A DNA stretch of 63,212 nt, the filler included. It is 10 parts of 10 records of this genome, joined end to end, with 100 filler letters (N's around TTAATTAATTAA, not from the genome) between each part and the next. Parts side by side here need not be neighbours in the genome. Positions count along the whole stretch, not along the records: positions 1 to 8,728 come from SRR31156797_47984; positions 8,829 to 15,390 come from SRR31156797_47990; 8 more parts are not named here. The stretch is one strand, 5' to 3'. Below are positions 1 through 8,945 of the stretch, in pieces (position 1 is the first letter of the stretch; each line of letters starts with the position of its first letter). The notes under the pieces were generated by a model. It made no database searches. It was not told where the DNA came from and saw nothing but the letters and a program-made list of their open reading frames with translations. The position numbers and the translations under genes are program-made.

Positions 1-552
1 ATCGCCGACCAGGCCGAGCCGCCTGGATTTGACGAAAAGATCCAGCTTGTGCGCGATTTCGCCGAAGTGACTGTACAGGATTCGGCTCGGCCCGACGATG
101 CGCCGGTCCGACCCGCCGGCCCGGGCGGCAATTGTTTGCGCATTCGAATCGGCCATGTCGAGGCCCTGCCGATAGGCAGTGGAAGAATCCCCGATTTCGC
201 CCAAGAAATAATCGACGTCGCCAAGATTGAACAGAATATTGACGGTCCCGGGAAACCTTCGGCGCAATTCGGTATAGGTCTCGCGGGCCTGCGTGAAATC
301 CGCCTGCAGCCGATAGACCTCGCCAAGGTTGCTCAGAATATCGTGGCGATCGGCATCGTTCGGTCCCAACGACAGGGCCTTGAGCAGATAGGGTTGTGCG
401 TGAACAACGAAGGCGCGGCGGCTGCTGCAATAAAGGCCGAAATCACGATTGCTTTCGTATCCTTCGGGATCGGCCTGCAGACGATCCCACAGTCTTTTGC
501 GACGGGTAAAATCGTCTTCTTCCGAATTGCCGTAGGAATCCTCTAATTTCAT
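1..552 (-). CDS. TPR-containing protein, probably TPR + TIGR04372-like glycosyltransferase (3' truncated at window edge)
   Basis: Hand-translated from ATG at 552: MKLEDSYG...ILSNLGEVYRLQADFTQARETY...ILFNLGDVDYFLGEIGDSSTAYRQGL (two TPR-like motifs), then YSHFGEIAHKLDLFVK. Open to position 1. Absent from the ORF track. Confidence 0.7.
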   Translation of the reverse strand, partial: MKLEDSYGNSEEDDFTRRKRLWDRLQADPEGYESNRDFGLYCSSRRAFVVHAQPYLLKALSLGPNDADRHDILSNLGEVYRLQADFTQARETYTELRRRFPGTVNILFNLGDVDYFLGEIGDSSTAYRQGLDMADSNAQTIAARAGGSDRRIVGPSRILYSHFGEIAHKLDLFVKSRRLGLVGD

Positions 553-582
553 TAAATACCTTGTGCCGGGTCGGACTGCCGA

Positions 583-1716
583 TTGAATTTGTTATGGTCC
601 CCTGGTGGTCAGATTATCATGCGGCTATTGGCCCCGCCATACGAACGCTATAAGGGAAAGGGCGAACTGTTTACCGTCGACAAACGAAAGAGGTCCGCAG
701 AAGTGTCCACCGACGGCCGAAACCCCAACACGGTACTGTCCCTGGAGCAAATCCGCCGGGTTTCCGACGCCATGCGGACGGTGCGCGGCATCGAACGCGC
801 CTACGTCTTTCTGGAAGGCGCCGGATCGACCGAATTCCTATGCCGGGCGGTCGTGGCCGAATGGATGCTCCGCCGTTTTCCGAGATGCACGACGGCGGTT
901 GCCTTCCGCGACGCGTCACCGCAACGAGGGATGATCGTCGATTGCGCTCCGTCCCTCGGTATCGTCATGGATGCCCACCCCGACTCGCCGGTCGTGATGC
1001 CGGTCGACTGGTTCGACATCGGCGTCGATGCACCGGTCGGTTGCGACGATCCGGCCTGGCATGACAACGAGCTGTCGCGGCCCGACATCGTTCTGCTGCC
1101 ATCGATGCTGCCGACGCGGCTCTGTTTCATCAAAGGGCTCGCGGCCGATCCGCCGCAATTCGACATGCCGCCTCAACTGGCCGCCGATGGGATGCTCGCC
1201 CTCGCCGAAAAGCTCGGCGGCACCGAGGATTGGTTCGTCTGCATCGACACTGGCCTCGACCGGCACTTTCCCGGCGTCATCGGCGGGCCAATTCCGGACG
1301 ATCCGCGCGGCGGCAGCATCCCTCTGGAGGATCTGGGCGCCCCAGGGATCGATCGAAGCGCCCTCGCATTCGGACTGGCCGCCATCGTCCGGGCCCGCTT
1401 CGTCATCTCGGCAAACCCTTTCCATCTGGCCCTGGCCTCGGCTTTCCGGGTGCCGTTATGCGCCGCCGGCATCGACTCCTGGACCGATTGCGTGTGGAAC
1501 GCCGGCGATATCGTCCTTACCCGTGCGACGGTTGAACGGGACGATCGATCGATCGCCCGGGCCGTCGAAACGCTGATGACCCGTACGGAGGACTGCACCG
1601 GCTGGCGCCGGCCGGCCCGTCGACCCCCTCCGTCCGCCGCCAAATCCATCGCCCTGCCGCTCCAGTCGTGTTCAGAGAACATGGTCGAGATTTGGGAAGA
1701 ACCTAAAGCCAGGTGA
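583..1716 (+). CDS. Divergent TIGR04372-like glycosyltransferase paralog (start uncertain, possibly 619 or later)
   Basis: Shares MPVDWFD, W..(N/Q)...RP...L.PSM, ARFVIS..., AFRVP, WN.GD and DC.GWR.P blocks with the convergent gene 1703-2827. Confidence 0.6.
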   Translation: MNLLWSPGGQIIMRLLAPPYERYKGKGELFTVDKRKRSAEVSTDGRNPNTVLSLEQIRRVSDAMRTVRGIERAYVFLEGAGSTEFLCRAVVAEWMLRRFPRCTTAVAFRDASPQRGMIVDCAPSLGIVMDAHPDSPVVMPVDWFDIGVDAPVGCDDPAWHDNELSRPDIVLLPSMLPTRLCFIKGLAADPPQFDMPPQLAADGMLALAEKLGGTEDWFVCIDTGLDRHFPGVIGGPIPDDPRGGSIPLEDLGAPGIDRSALAFGLAAIVRARFVISANPFHLALASAFRVPLCAAGIDSWTDCVWNAGDIVLTRATVERDDRSIARAVETLMTRTEDCTGWRRPARRPPPSAAKSIALPLQSCSENMVEIWEEPKAR

Positions 1717-2827
1717 CGTCGTAATCCTCGGCGATGCGCCGGCGCGGGAACGGCATTTCGATCGCGTATCCGTCCGAAGCGTTCTCGTCTTCCGTTGCCG
1801 GCGGCGGGCGCCAGCCGCCGCAATCGGCGGTGGCGTCAAACATATGGTCGGCGCATCCGGTCAATTCGCTGGCCCTGTTGTCGTCGCATTTCATGCCGCG
1901 CGGCACCCCGGGATGCACGTCGACGGCCTCGATGAAATCGCGCCCGGAATGAAATATGCCTTTTCCGAAGGTGATGTTGCGTTTGCTCAATACCGCATTG
2001 CCGTCGTTCCACATGCTGAAGTGGACGGCGTTGGTGACAACCGCCGGAACCTTGAAGGCACAGGCCAGCGCCAACGGCCCGCTGGCGGTGCCGATGAAAA
2101 AGCGCGACCGGGCCACGGCATAGGCCTGGAGCGGAAAGCCGTCGGTCAGGCGGCTCAGATCGACGAACCCCGGCCGTTCGCGCAGTCCGGTCATGCTGGG
2201 ATCGCCCAGACGCACCACTTGGCCGCCGAGATCGTCGATGATATGGTCGATCATCGGCCCATAGGTGGCGGGATCGACGTTGCGTACCGCGGACACGTCG
2301 CGGCGGTATTCATAGCCCCCTTCGCGCATATGCAGGGTGGCCAGCCAGCCGTCGGGCCGGACGCCGGCCCGCTCCAACATGGTTTGCAGATGGGATTCCA
2401 TCGCCGGCGGTATCCGGAAAACCGGCGGTTCGGCCAGCCGGCGGCTCAGGTGAAGCCCCATCATCGACGGCGTCAGAAACAGCGCCGGTCGGTGAAAGCC
2501 CTGTTCGTACCAGGCCTCGTTGAATGGCCGGCCGGCTCGGTCTTCGCGGCCGTCGAACCAGTCCATCGGCACGATCCGGCCGGCCTCGTCGGGAATACGG
2601 ACGGTCGCCGATATCGCCGGATTGAGCAGGGTGACGAAGCTTTTGTAGGGACGGTCGTCGCGATAGATTACCGCCAACCGGCCGCCCGCGACCGAGCGGG
2701 CCACCGTCGCCGCCTGCAGGCCGTATTCGATGAAGTCGCCGAGCACCTGGGTGCCGAGAAACGCGACGACCGGAAAGCCGGGTCCGTCGCCGAGTCCGCC
2801 CGCCGCCACCTCAGAACTGCCGGCCAT
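1703..2827 (-). CDS. TIGR04372-like putative glycosyltransferase
   Basis: LHMREGGY, VRNVDP.TY, GGQVVRLGD, SRFFIGTASGP, FKVP motifs. True start MAGSS at 2827 overlaps the upstream stop (TGATG); the 666-aa ORF track call is over-extended. Confidence 0.75.
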   Translation of the reverse strand: MAGSSEVAAGGLGDGPGFPVVAFLGTQVLGDFIEYGLQAATVARSVAGGRLAVIYRDDRPYKSFVTLLNPAISATVRIPDEAGRIVPMDWFDGREDRAGRPFNEAWYEQGFHRPALFLTPSMMGLHLSRRLAEPPVFRIPPAMESHLQTMLERAGVRPDGWLATLHMREGGYEYRRDVSAVRNVDPATYGPMIDHIIDDLGGQVVRLGDPSMTGLRERPGFVDLSRLTDGFPLQAYAVARSRFFIGTASGPLALACAFKVPAVVTNAVHFSMWNDGNAVLSKRNITFGKGIFHSGRDFIEAVDVHPGVPRGMKCDDNRASELTGCADHMFDATADCGGWRPPPATEDENASDGYAIEMPFPRRRIAEDYDVTWL

Positions 2828-3801
2828 CAGAACAGGATCCCCCGTCCGGCCCGCTCGATGCCTTCGAGGCGGCAGAACTCCAGATGCTCGTGGCGCCTTT
2901 CCCACATCTCGGGGAACATCATGGCGACGATGCTGTCGGCATCCAGGTCGACCATATCGAAGGCGCCCTTGACGATCGGATTGTTCGCCCCCGAAGCGAA
3001 ATGCAGGAAAAAGGAATTGCGGAAGGCGGTATTGACGCAATGGCGCAACACTTCGTCGTGGTTCGACAACAGATCGCCGTTGAACAAAAACGGATAGTGC
3101 TGTGCCGCGTTTGCCGACCAGACCAGGTTGAACCTTTTGTCGATATATTCGGCCCGGCCGCTGTCCTGCAGCTCGAATGACAATGGCGTATTCTCGAAAT
3201 CCATGAAGTCGCGGTCGTATTTGCCGTAGACCTCGGCCAGGAATTCGCCGTGCGCGGCCGGATCGAAAACAAAAACGCCGGTGTTGATCATGCGCGAAGC
3301 ATCGCCGTTCAATCCCAAGAACCGGTAATAGGCGGCAAGATCGCCGTCGGTGATGGTTACTTTCGGTGTCCCATTCGGAGCGTCGCCGCCGAGGCTTTTT
3401 TTCATGAACAGGTTCAGAACCAGATACCGCGAATGAATATTGAAGGTGTCGTCCGAATGGTAGAACCAGTCCGACCCGTCGATGACGCCGATACCGCCAT
3501 CGGTCACCTGCGAAAAAATACAGGGCGCCATCCGGTGGTTGATCAGGATGTCGCCATCCAGCCAGGCAATGCTCCGATAGTCCCGCAGTTGCGGCAGCAG
3601 CCCGATCAGAAGCTTTTGCCAATGGATCGACTTGCGGCTGAAATCGCATTCGGGATCGATCGGTTCGGTCAGCAGAATCAGGTCGTAGCCGTGCTTGGCA
3701 CAATACGTCTCCCAGGTCGGCCGTGCGTGTTTCATAAAGCCGGCGATGTAATCGTCGCCCAAGGCAAGCGTTACGATGGCACGGTCGTTCTTCTGTTTCA
3801 T
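2827..3801 (-). CDS. GT-A fold glycosyltransferase-like protein (GT8/GT34-like)
   Basis: YCAKHGYD, SIHWQKL, WLDGDI (DxD), INTGVFVF and FLHFA motifs. Confidence 0.7.
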   Translation of the reverse strand: MKQKNDRAIVTLALGDDYIAGFMKHARPTWETYCAKHGYDLILLTEPIDPECDFSRKSIHWQKLLIGLLPQLRDYRSIAWLDGDILINHRMAPCIFSQVTDGGIGVIDGSDWFYHSDDTFNIHSRYLVLNLFMKKSLGGDAPNGTPKVTITDGDLAAYYRFLGLNGDASRMINTGVFVFDPAAHGEFLAEVYGKYDRDFMDFENTPLSFELQDSGRAEYIDKRFNLVWSANAAQHYPFLFNGDLLSNHDEVLRHCVNTAFRNSFFLHFASGANNPIVKGAFDMVDLDADSIVAMMFPEMWERRHEHLEFCRLEGIERAGRGILF

Positions 3802-3913
3802 CCGGTCACATCCCAGGGTTCCAACTGATCGGCGATATTAGCAGGCAAACGAATATCTGCGGAAGCGCCGCGTGATCGGCCCGATGGATCGGCAGTTCGT
3901 GCCGCATGGGGCC

Positions 3914-3928
3914 GGTCAAATTCTGCCG
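3914..3928. promoter_or_regulatory. ftr-like enhancer (FlbD-type activator site)
   Basis: GGTCA-AATTC-TGCCG, a partial match to CGGCA-N5-TGCCG, about 90 bp upstream of the sigma54 promoter. Confidence 0.4.
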
Positions 3929-4012
3929 GTCGGCATCGCCGGCATCCACCGCCTCGCCATCCTTTTCCTATTTATTTCAAATATTTCAATATCTTACGGA
4001 CAAAGAGAAAAT

Positions 4013-4027
4013 TGGCCCGGCATTTGC
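4013..4027 (+). promoter_or_regulatory. sigma54 (-24/-12) promoter of fliK-flgD-flgE
   Basis: TGGCCCGGCATTTGC with exact GG-N10-GC spacing, preceded by an AT-rich tract. Confidence 0.75.
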
Positions 4028-4068
4028 TGAGAAGGGGGCAGCCGTTATTAATCGGGCAGGAATTGCAA

Positions 4069-5778
4069 ATGGACGTTTTCGCCGTTCAGAAACGCGATCA
4101 AGCAGGTTCCGCAAACGGGGAACAGGCCGCATCCCAGAACATGAACGATCTGTTGATCGCGACGTTCTCCGATATGCTGCGCAATTCGCGTTCGCAGCTT
4201 GATGTCGATGCGACCAGCATGATGGCACGGGTCGACAAAAAAGCCGACGTCGCCCGGACCGAGCCTTCCGACAACACAGACAACGCCGATCGGTTCACAC
4301 GCGACAGTGCCGCCACCGATGTCTTCGGAACGCGCGGCCGGCAGCAAGACGATTCCGATCAAAATCCGGCCGAAAAAGCCGAGCGTCCCGACGCGCCGCG
4401 TGACACCGCCGGCCGCGACGATGCCGCCCAAGCCAAGCGCGACAACCCGGCCGACACCGATTCCGCGGCATACCGGACCGAAGACGAAAACCAGGGCGAA
4501 TATGGCAGCACCGACGGCGCCGAAACCGCCGCCGATGAGTCGAATGCCGGCGCCCAGTCCGTCGATTCAAACGCCAATGCCGCCGCCGAAGCAACCGCTC
4601 GGCAGCCGGACGACTACACGGCCGAGGTCGTGGCCTCGCAACTGTTTACCGGCGTCGACAAAAGCACCGATCAGGCTGCCGGCAAAGAGACCGATCTTGC
4701 CGGCCTTGCCGTGACCATTGCCAAGGCCACTTCCGGCGCCTCGCAACAGCAAACCGCCAACGCCAATCCGCAGGCTTCTTCCGGCCAGGGCGTCGCACCG
4801 GGAACCCAACAGGCTTCCGGCAACGCTACCGGCAACCAGGCCATGAACCAGATGGTCGGCGAAACCGTTTCGGAGACCGCCGATGTCAAGGCCCAGCAGG
4901 CGGCGGCGCTTTCCCGCGCGGTCGGCGATGGAAACAAGGTTTCCGTCCAAACCGGCGTAACATCGGATGCCGACGTCCTCGTTTCCAAACCGACGGCGGC
5001 GCTGAGCGCCAGCGTTGTCGCCGCCACCGAAAACGGCAAATCGACGAACGCGGCTTCGAACCCGGCAAGCGCCAATATCCAGTCCGGCCTGACCCAGGGC
5101 ACCGAGGCCGCGGCAATGTCCATTCAACCCGACCAGTCGAACGCCCAGGCGGCACGCGCCCAGGCCACCGCAACAGCCGGCGCCGCCGTGCGCGGCGTTG
5201 CGCAACTGGCATCGGGCAGCAACGGCGCGTCCGGCCAGGCGCATACCGGCACCGGCGACGGTTTCGCCGGCACCTCGGGTCAAGCTACCGGCCAAACGGC
5301 GACCGCCCAGCAATCGGCGCAGGCCAAGGCCGCCAAGGCACCTCAGTTCAGCATTCCCAGGCAATCCTTCGTCGACCAGATTTCGGTCCAGATCTCGAAG
5401 GCCGTCGGTGCCGGGGTTGACCGCATCAACATCCAATTGCGTCCCGAATCGCTTGGCCGTGTCGATGTCCGCATGGAAGTCGCCGGCGACGGCCGCGTCA
5501 GTGCCGTGGTGACGGCGGACAAACAGGAAACGCTGGACATGCTGCAACGCGATGCGCGCGAACTCGAACGCGCCCTGCAGGATGCCGGTCTGCAGGCCGA
5601 CCAGGGCAGTCTCAGTTTCAACCTCAAGGGCCAGAACGGCGACGGCCAATCGGAAACGGCCATGGCCGGAGCTTCCGGCGAGGGAACGGATGCCGATGAC
5701 GGCGCCGACGACGCTACACCGATTACCGACTGGCAAGGCGGAATACGCGCCGACGGTCGTGTCGATATCCGGGCTTAG
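4069..5778 (+). CDS. fliK: Flagellar hook-length control protein FliK
   Basis: Long low-complexity A/Q/T/S/D region, C-terminal IQLRPESLGRVDVRM...LQRDARELERALQDAGL domain, upstream of flgD. Start moved to ATG 4069, downstream of the promoter. Confidence 0.9.
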   Translation: MDVFAVQKRDQAGSANGEQAASQNMNDLLIATFSDMLRNSRSQLDVDATSMMARVDKKADVARTEPSDNTDNADRFTRDSAATDVFGTRGRQQDDSDQNPAEKAERPDAPRDTAGRDDAAQAKRDNPADTDSAAYRTEDENQGEYGSTDGAETAADESNAGAQSVDSNANAAAEATARQPDDYTAEVVASQLFTGVDKSTDQAAGKETDLAGLAVTIAKATSGASQQQTANANPQASSGQGVAPGTQQASGNATGNQAMNQMVGETVSETADVKAQQAAALSRAVGDGNKVSVQTGVTSDADVLVSKPTAALSASVVAATENGKSTNAASNPASANIQSGLTQGTEAAAMSIQPDQSNAQAARAQATATAGAAVRGVAQLASGSNGASGQAHTGTGDGFAGTSGQATGQTATAQQSAQAKAAKAPQFSIPRQSFVDQISVQISKAVGAGVDRINIQLRPESLGRVDVRMEVAGDGRVSAVVTADKQETLDMLQRDARELERALQDAGLQADQGSLSFNLKGQNGDGQSETAMAGASGEGTDADDGADDATPITDWQGGIRADGRVDIRA

Positions 5779-5790
5779 GAAACCAAGGTC

Positions 5791-6492
5791 ATGTTGCTCT
5801 CAGGATTAACATCCGGCGAGTCGGTCGATCCCAACACGCAGGCGGCGAGCGACCAGGCGCAGCTCAACGAGGATCTGAACCAGTTCCTCAATCTGCTGGT
5901 GACGCAGTTGAAGAACCAGGATCCGCTCGATCCGATGGATTCCAGCGAGTTCACCTCGCAACTGGTGCAGTACGCCAGCGTCGAACAGCAGATCTATCAG
6001 AACGCCCACCTGGAAGATCTCGTGCAGTTGGAAGAAACGGCGCAGGTCGCCACCATGGTCGACTACCTGGGCACGACGATCCAGGCCAACGGCAACACCT
6101 TCTTCCTGGAAAACGGAGCCGCCAAGTTCTCCTACGCGCTTGGTGCAAACTCCAAGGAAACCCTGATTACCATCGTCGACGAAGACGGCGAGACGGTGTT
6201 CACGGGTCCCGGCAGCAACGACATCGGCTACCACGAATTCGAATGGGACGGCAAGGATTCCAACGGTATTCAGCTCGAGGACGGAATCTACGGCGTCAAT
6301 GTTACGGCGGTCGACACGACCAACGAATCGATCGACGTATCGCAGACGGTTTACGGACGGGTTACCGGTGCCGGCGCCGAGAACGGCGATGTCGTCCTGT
6401 ACCTGGGCGATTCCATCGCGGTGCCGCTGGATGCGGTCCTGTCGGTCAACGAAACGGTCGCCCAAACGACACAGGAACAGACCGAAGAGTGA
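5791..6492 (+). CDS. flgD: Flagellar hook capping protein FlgD
   Basis: FLNLLVTQLKNQDPLDPMDSSEFTSQLVQYASVEQ and FEWDGKD motifs. Confidence 0.95.
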   Translation: MLLSGLTSGESVDPNTQAASDQAQLNEDLNQFLNLLVTQLKNQDPLDPMDSSEFTSQLVQYASVEQQIYQNAHLEDLVQLEETAQVATMVDYLGTTIQANGNTFFLENGAAKFSYALGANSKETLITIVDEDGETVFTGPGSNDIGYHEFEWDGKDSNGIQLEDGIYGVNVTAVDTTNESIDVSQTVYGRVTGAGAENGDVVLYLGDSIAVPLDAVLSVNETVAQTTQEQTEE

Positions 6493-6590
6493 TTTTAACA
6501 CGGGTGCCGGCCGCCGAAACGCGCCGAATCCGGAAGGAAAGCAACTGGTGAGGACAAGGCCGCAAAGCCGCCGATCCGAAGGAGACTAAG

Positions 6591-8684
6591 ATGAGCCTAT
6601 TTGGTGCGATGTTCTCGGGTGTTTCCGGCCTTACGGCCCAGAGTAGCGCCATGGGTGCGATTTCTGACAACATCACCAATGTCAGCACGATCGGTTACAA
6701 GAACACCGACGTGAATTTCCAGACCCTGGTGACGAAACAGACGTCGGCAACCTTCTATTCCGCCGGCGGCGTCCAGTCGCGTCCGCGCCAGCGGACCGAG
6801 GTCCAAGGCCTTCTTCAGGCATCGACCTCGCAAACCGACGTCGCGCTTTCCGGCAACGGTTTCTTCGTCGTCAACGAAGCCGCCCGGCCGACGATTTCGG
6901 ATCAGTTCCTGTATTCGCGGGCCGGCTCCTTCATCCAGGATGACGAAGGCTTCCTCAAGAACACCGCCGGTTTCTATCTGCAGGCCTGGCCGACCGACGC
7001 CTCCGGCGCCGTGATCGCCACCGACACCGACGCCAATCCGGTTTCCAACCAGAACATCATTTCGACCGATTTTTTGGAAACCATCAACCTGAACCGGGTC
7101 GGCGGCACCGCGGCGGCAACCTCGACCATCGCCATCGGCGCCAACCTTCCGGCCAATGCAGATCCTTACGACGCGACGCTCAGCAATTCCCAGGACGGTT
7201 TCCAGAAAACCGACGTTCAGTTCTTCGACACCCTGGGCAACGCCAACAACGTCAGCTTCGCCTACAAGAAGTCGTTCCGAGCCAACAAATGGGATGTCGA
7301 TATCGAACCACCGTCGGGCACCTCGGTTTTGTCCCTTTATGACGGCACGCCTTTGAACCCGCTGGTCTACGACAGCACCGGCCTGCTCGAATTCACCGCC
7401 CGCCCGGCCGACGGATCGTCCGTCGTCATCGACGGCATTACCTACGAATTCGACAGCGGCGGCGGTGTCTCCGGCACCAATACGGCGGTCGACATCTCGA
7501 CCACCACCACCCTGGCCCAGGATGTTGCCGCCCTGCGCAGCGCGATCATCGCCACCGATACCGACTTCGATTCGACCAACAACCGGGTGGCGCTCAGCGA
7601 CAACAGCACGACGACGCTGATCTTCCGCGAAGACGGCACAAGCTCGATCGTCGTCAATCCGGTCGGCCTGCTCGATAGCAACGGCGATCCGGTGACCAAC
7701 CAGACGACGCAATACACGGTGCTGAAACAGAACTCGGCCTATGCCGACGATACGCAAATTCTGTTCACCCTCCAGCCGGTCGATACCGACACCATCGTCA
7801 TCAACGGCATTACCTACGAATTCGAAAGCGGCGGCGGTGTCACCGGCACCAACACGGCGGTGACCATCGGAGCCGATTTGGCGGCAACGCTCGCCAACCT
7901 GGAAACCGCCATCGAAGCGACCGACCCGGAAATGACCGGCAGCCGCGTCCGTGTCCGCCAAAACGCCAACAGCGGCGCCAACGACACGCTGATCCTGTCG
8001 TCGCTGCCGAGCGGCAGCTACACGGTCGATGCCTCGGGTTTGACTTCGGTTCCGACCGAACCCGACGGCACCGCCTTCACCAGCACCGCGTCGATCACCG
8101 TCGACACCGCTTTCGCCGTCAACTTCGACAGCGACGGCCTGCCGGAATCCTTCAACGTTGCCAAAATCGAAGTGCTCGGGTTCGCCAGCGGCGCTTCCGA
8201 CATGGATGATGACGCGGCAAACACGAACCGCATCACAGTCGACTTCGGCACGATTGGAGAGGCCGACGGCATGACCCAGTTCGGCGCCGAGTTCACGCCC
8301 GTCTTCATCCAGCAGAACGGTTCGCGCTTCGGCACCTTCGCCGGCGTGACCGTCGATGCCAACGGCCTGGTGACGGCACTGTTCGACAACGGCGAAACGC
8401 GGACGATCTATCAGGTCCCGATCGCCACCTTCGTCAACCCGAATGCGCTTGAATCCCGCACCGGCAACATCTGGAACGCCACCCAGGCGTCCGGCGACTT
8501 CACCTTGCGTGTCGCCGACAACGGCCCGGCGGCACAGGTTGTCCAGGGCGCGCTTGAAGCCTCGACCGTCGATATCGGCGAAGAGTTCACGAAAATGATC
8601 GTCGTGCAGCGGGCCTATTCGGCCAGCACCAAGATCATCTCGACCGCCGATGAAATGTTGGAGGAGCTGACCCGGATCAAGTAA
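6591..8684 (+). CDS. flgE: Flagellar hook protein FlgE (long, 697 aa)
   Basis: SGVSGL..ISDNITNVSTIGYK N-terminus, DVALSGNGFFVV, C-terminal LEASTVDIGEEFTKMIVVQRAYSASTKIISTADEML. Confidence 0.95.
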   Translation: MSLFGAMFSGVSGLTAQSSAMGAISDNITNVSTIGYKNTDVNFQTLVTKQTSATFYSAGGVQSRPRQRTEVQGLLQASTSQTDVALSGNGFFVVNEAARPTISDQFLYSRAGSFIQDDEGFLKNTAGFYLQAWPTDASGAVIATDTDANPVSNQNIISTDFLETINLNRVGGTAAATSTIAIGANLPANADPYDATLSNSQDGFQKTDVQFFDTLGNANNVSFAYKKSFRANKWDVDIEPPSGTSVLSLYDGTPLNPLVYDSTGLLEFTARPADGSSVVIDGITYEFDSGGGVSGTNTAVDISTTTTLAQDVAALRSAIIATDTDFDSTNNRVALSDNSTTTLIFREDGTSSIVVNPVGLLDSNGDPVTNQTTQYTVLKQNSAYADDTQILFTLQPVDTDTIVINGITYEFESGGGVTGTNTAVTIGADLAATLANLETAIEATDPEMTGSRVRVRQNANSGANDTLILSSLPSGSYTVDASGLTSVPTEPDGTAFTSTASITVDTAFAVNFDSDGLPESFNVAKIEVLGFASGASDMDDDAANTNRITVDFGTIGEADGMTQFGAEFTPVFIQQNGSRFGTFAGVTVDANGLVTALFDNGETRTIYQVPIATFVNPNALESRTGNIWNATQASGDFTLRVADNGPAAQVVQGALEASTVDIGEEFTKMIVVQRAYSASTKIISTADEMLEELTRIK
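7425..7868 (+). repeat. Internal direct repeat in flgE (cores ~7425-7496 and ~7797-7868, 372-nt period)
   Basis: VIDGITYEFDSGGGVSGTNTAVDI vs VINGITYEFESGGGVTGTNTAVTI, highly similar at DNA level. Confidence 0.9.
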
Positions 8685-8728
8685 CCGCCATAGGAGAATT
8701 TCCGCAAGCCCACTGTCCCAAGCCCAGG

Positions 8729-8828
8729 NNNNNNNNNNNNNNNNNNNNNNNNNNNNNNNNNNNNNNNNNNNNTTAATTAATTAANNNNNNNNNNNNNNNN
8801 NNNNNNNNNNNNNNNNNNNNNNNNNNNN
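8729..8828. other. Artificial contig spacer (also at 15391-15490, 21036-21135, 26350-26449, 31918-32017, 39971-40070, 45222-45321, 51341-51440, 56958-57057)
   Basis: Identical N-run/TTAATTAATTAA/N-run with stops in all frames; composition and gene content change abruptly at each one. Confidence 0.97.
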
Positions 8829-8945
8829 CATAACAATTTTATATACAAAACATAATAAGGATTAATTTTACTTAATCTTATATCTGGTCTATATTCATGG
8901 CAAGAAAAAAGGACGTTTATAAAAAACTGAAGGAGAGGACGCATA

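Noticed and set aside
49-546. 165-aa plus-strand ORF
   Set aside because: Antisense shadow of the minus-strand TPR gene starting at 552
2828-3703. Apparent 666-aa ORF overlapping the GT-A gene (possible overprinting or fusion)
   Set aside because: The N-terminal extension is Arg-rich off-frame sequence typical of high GC; the real start at 2827 is coupled to the upstream stop
4567-7961. Long antisense ORFs opposite fliK, flgD and flgE
   Set aside because: Expected from GC-rich codon bias; no recognisable motifs
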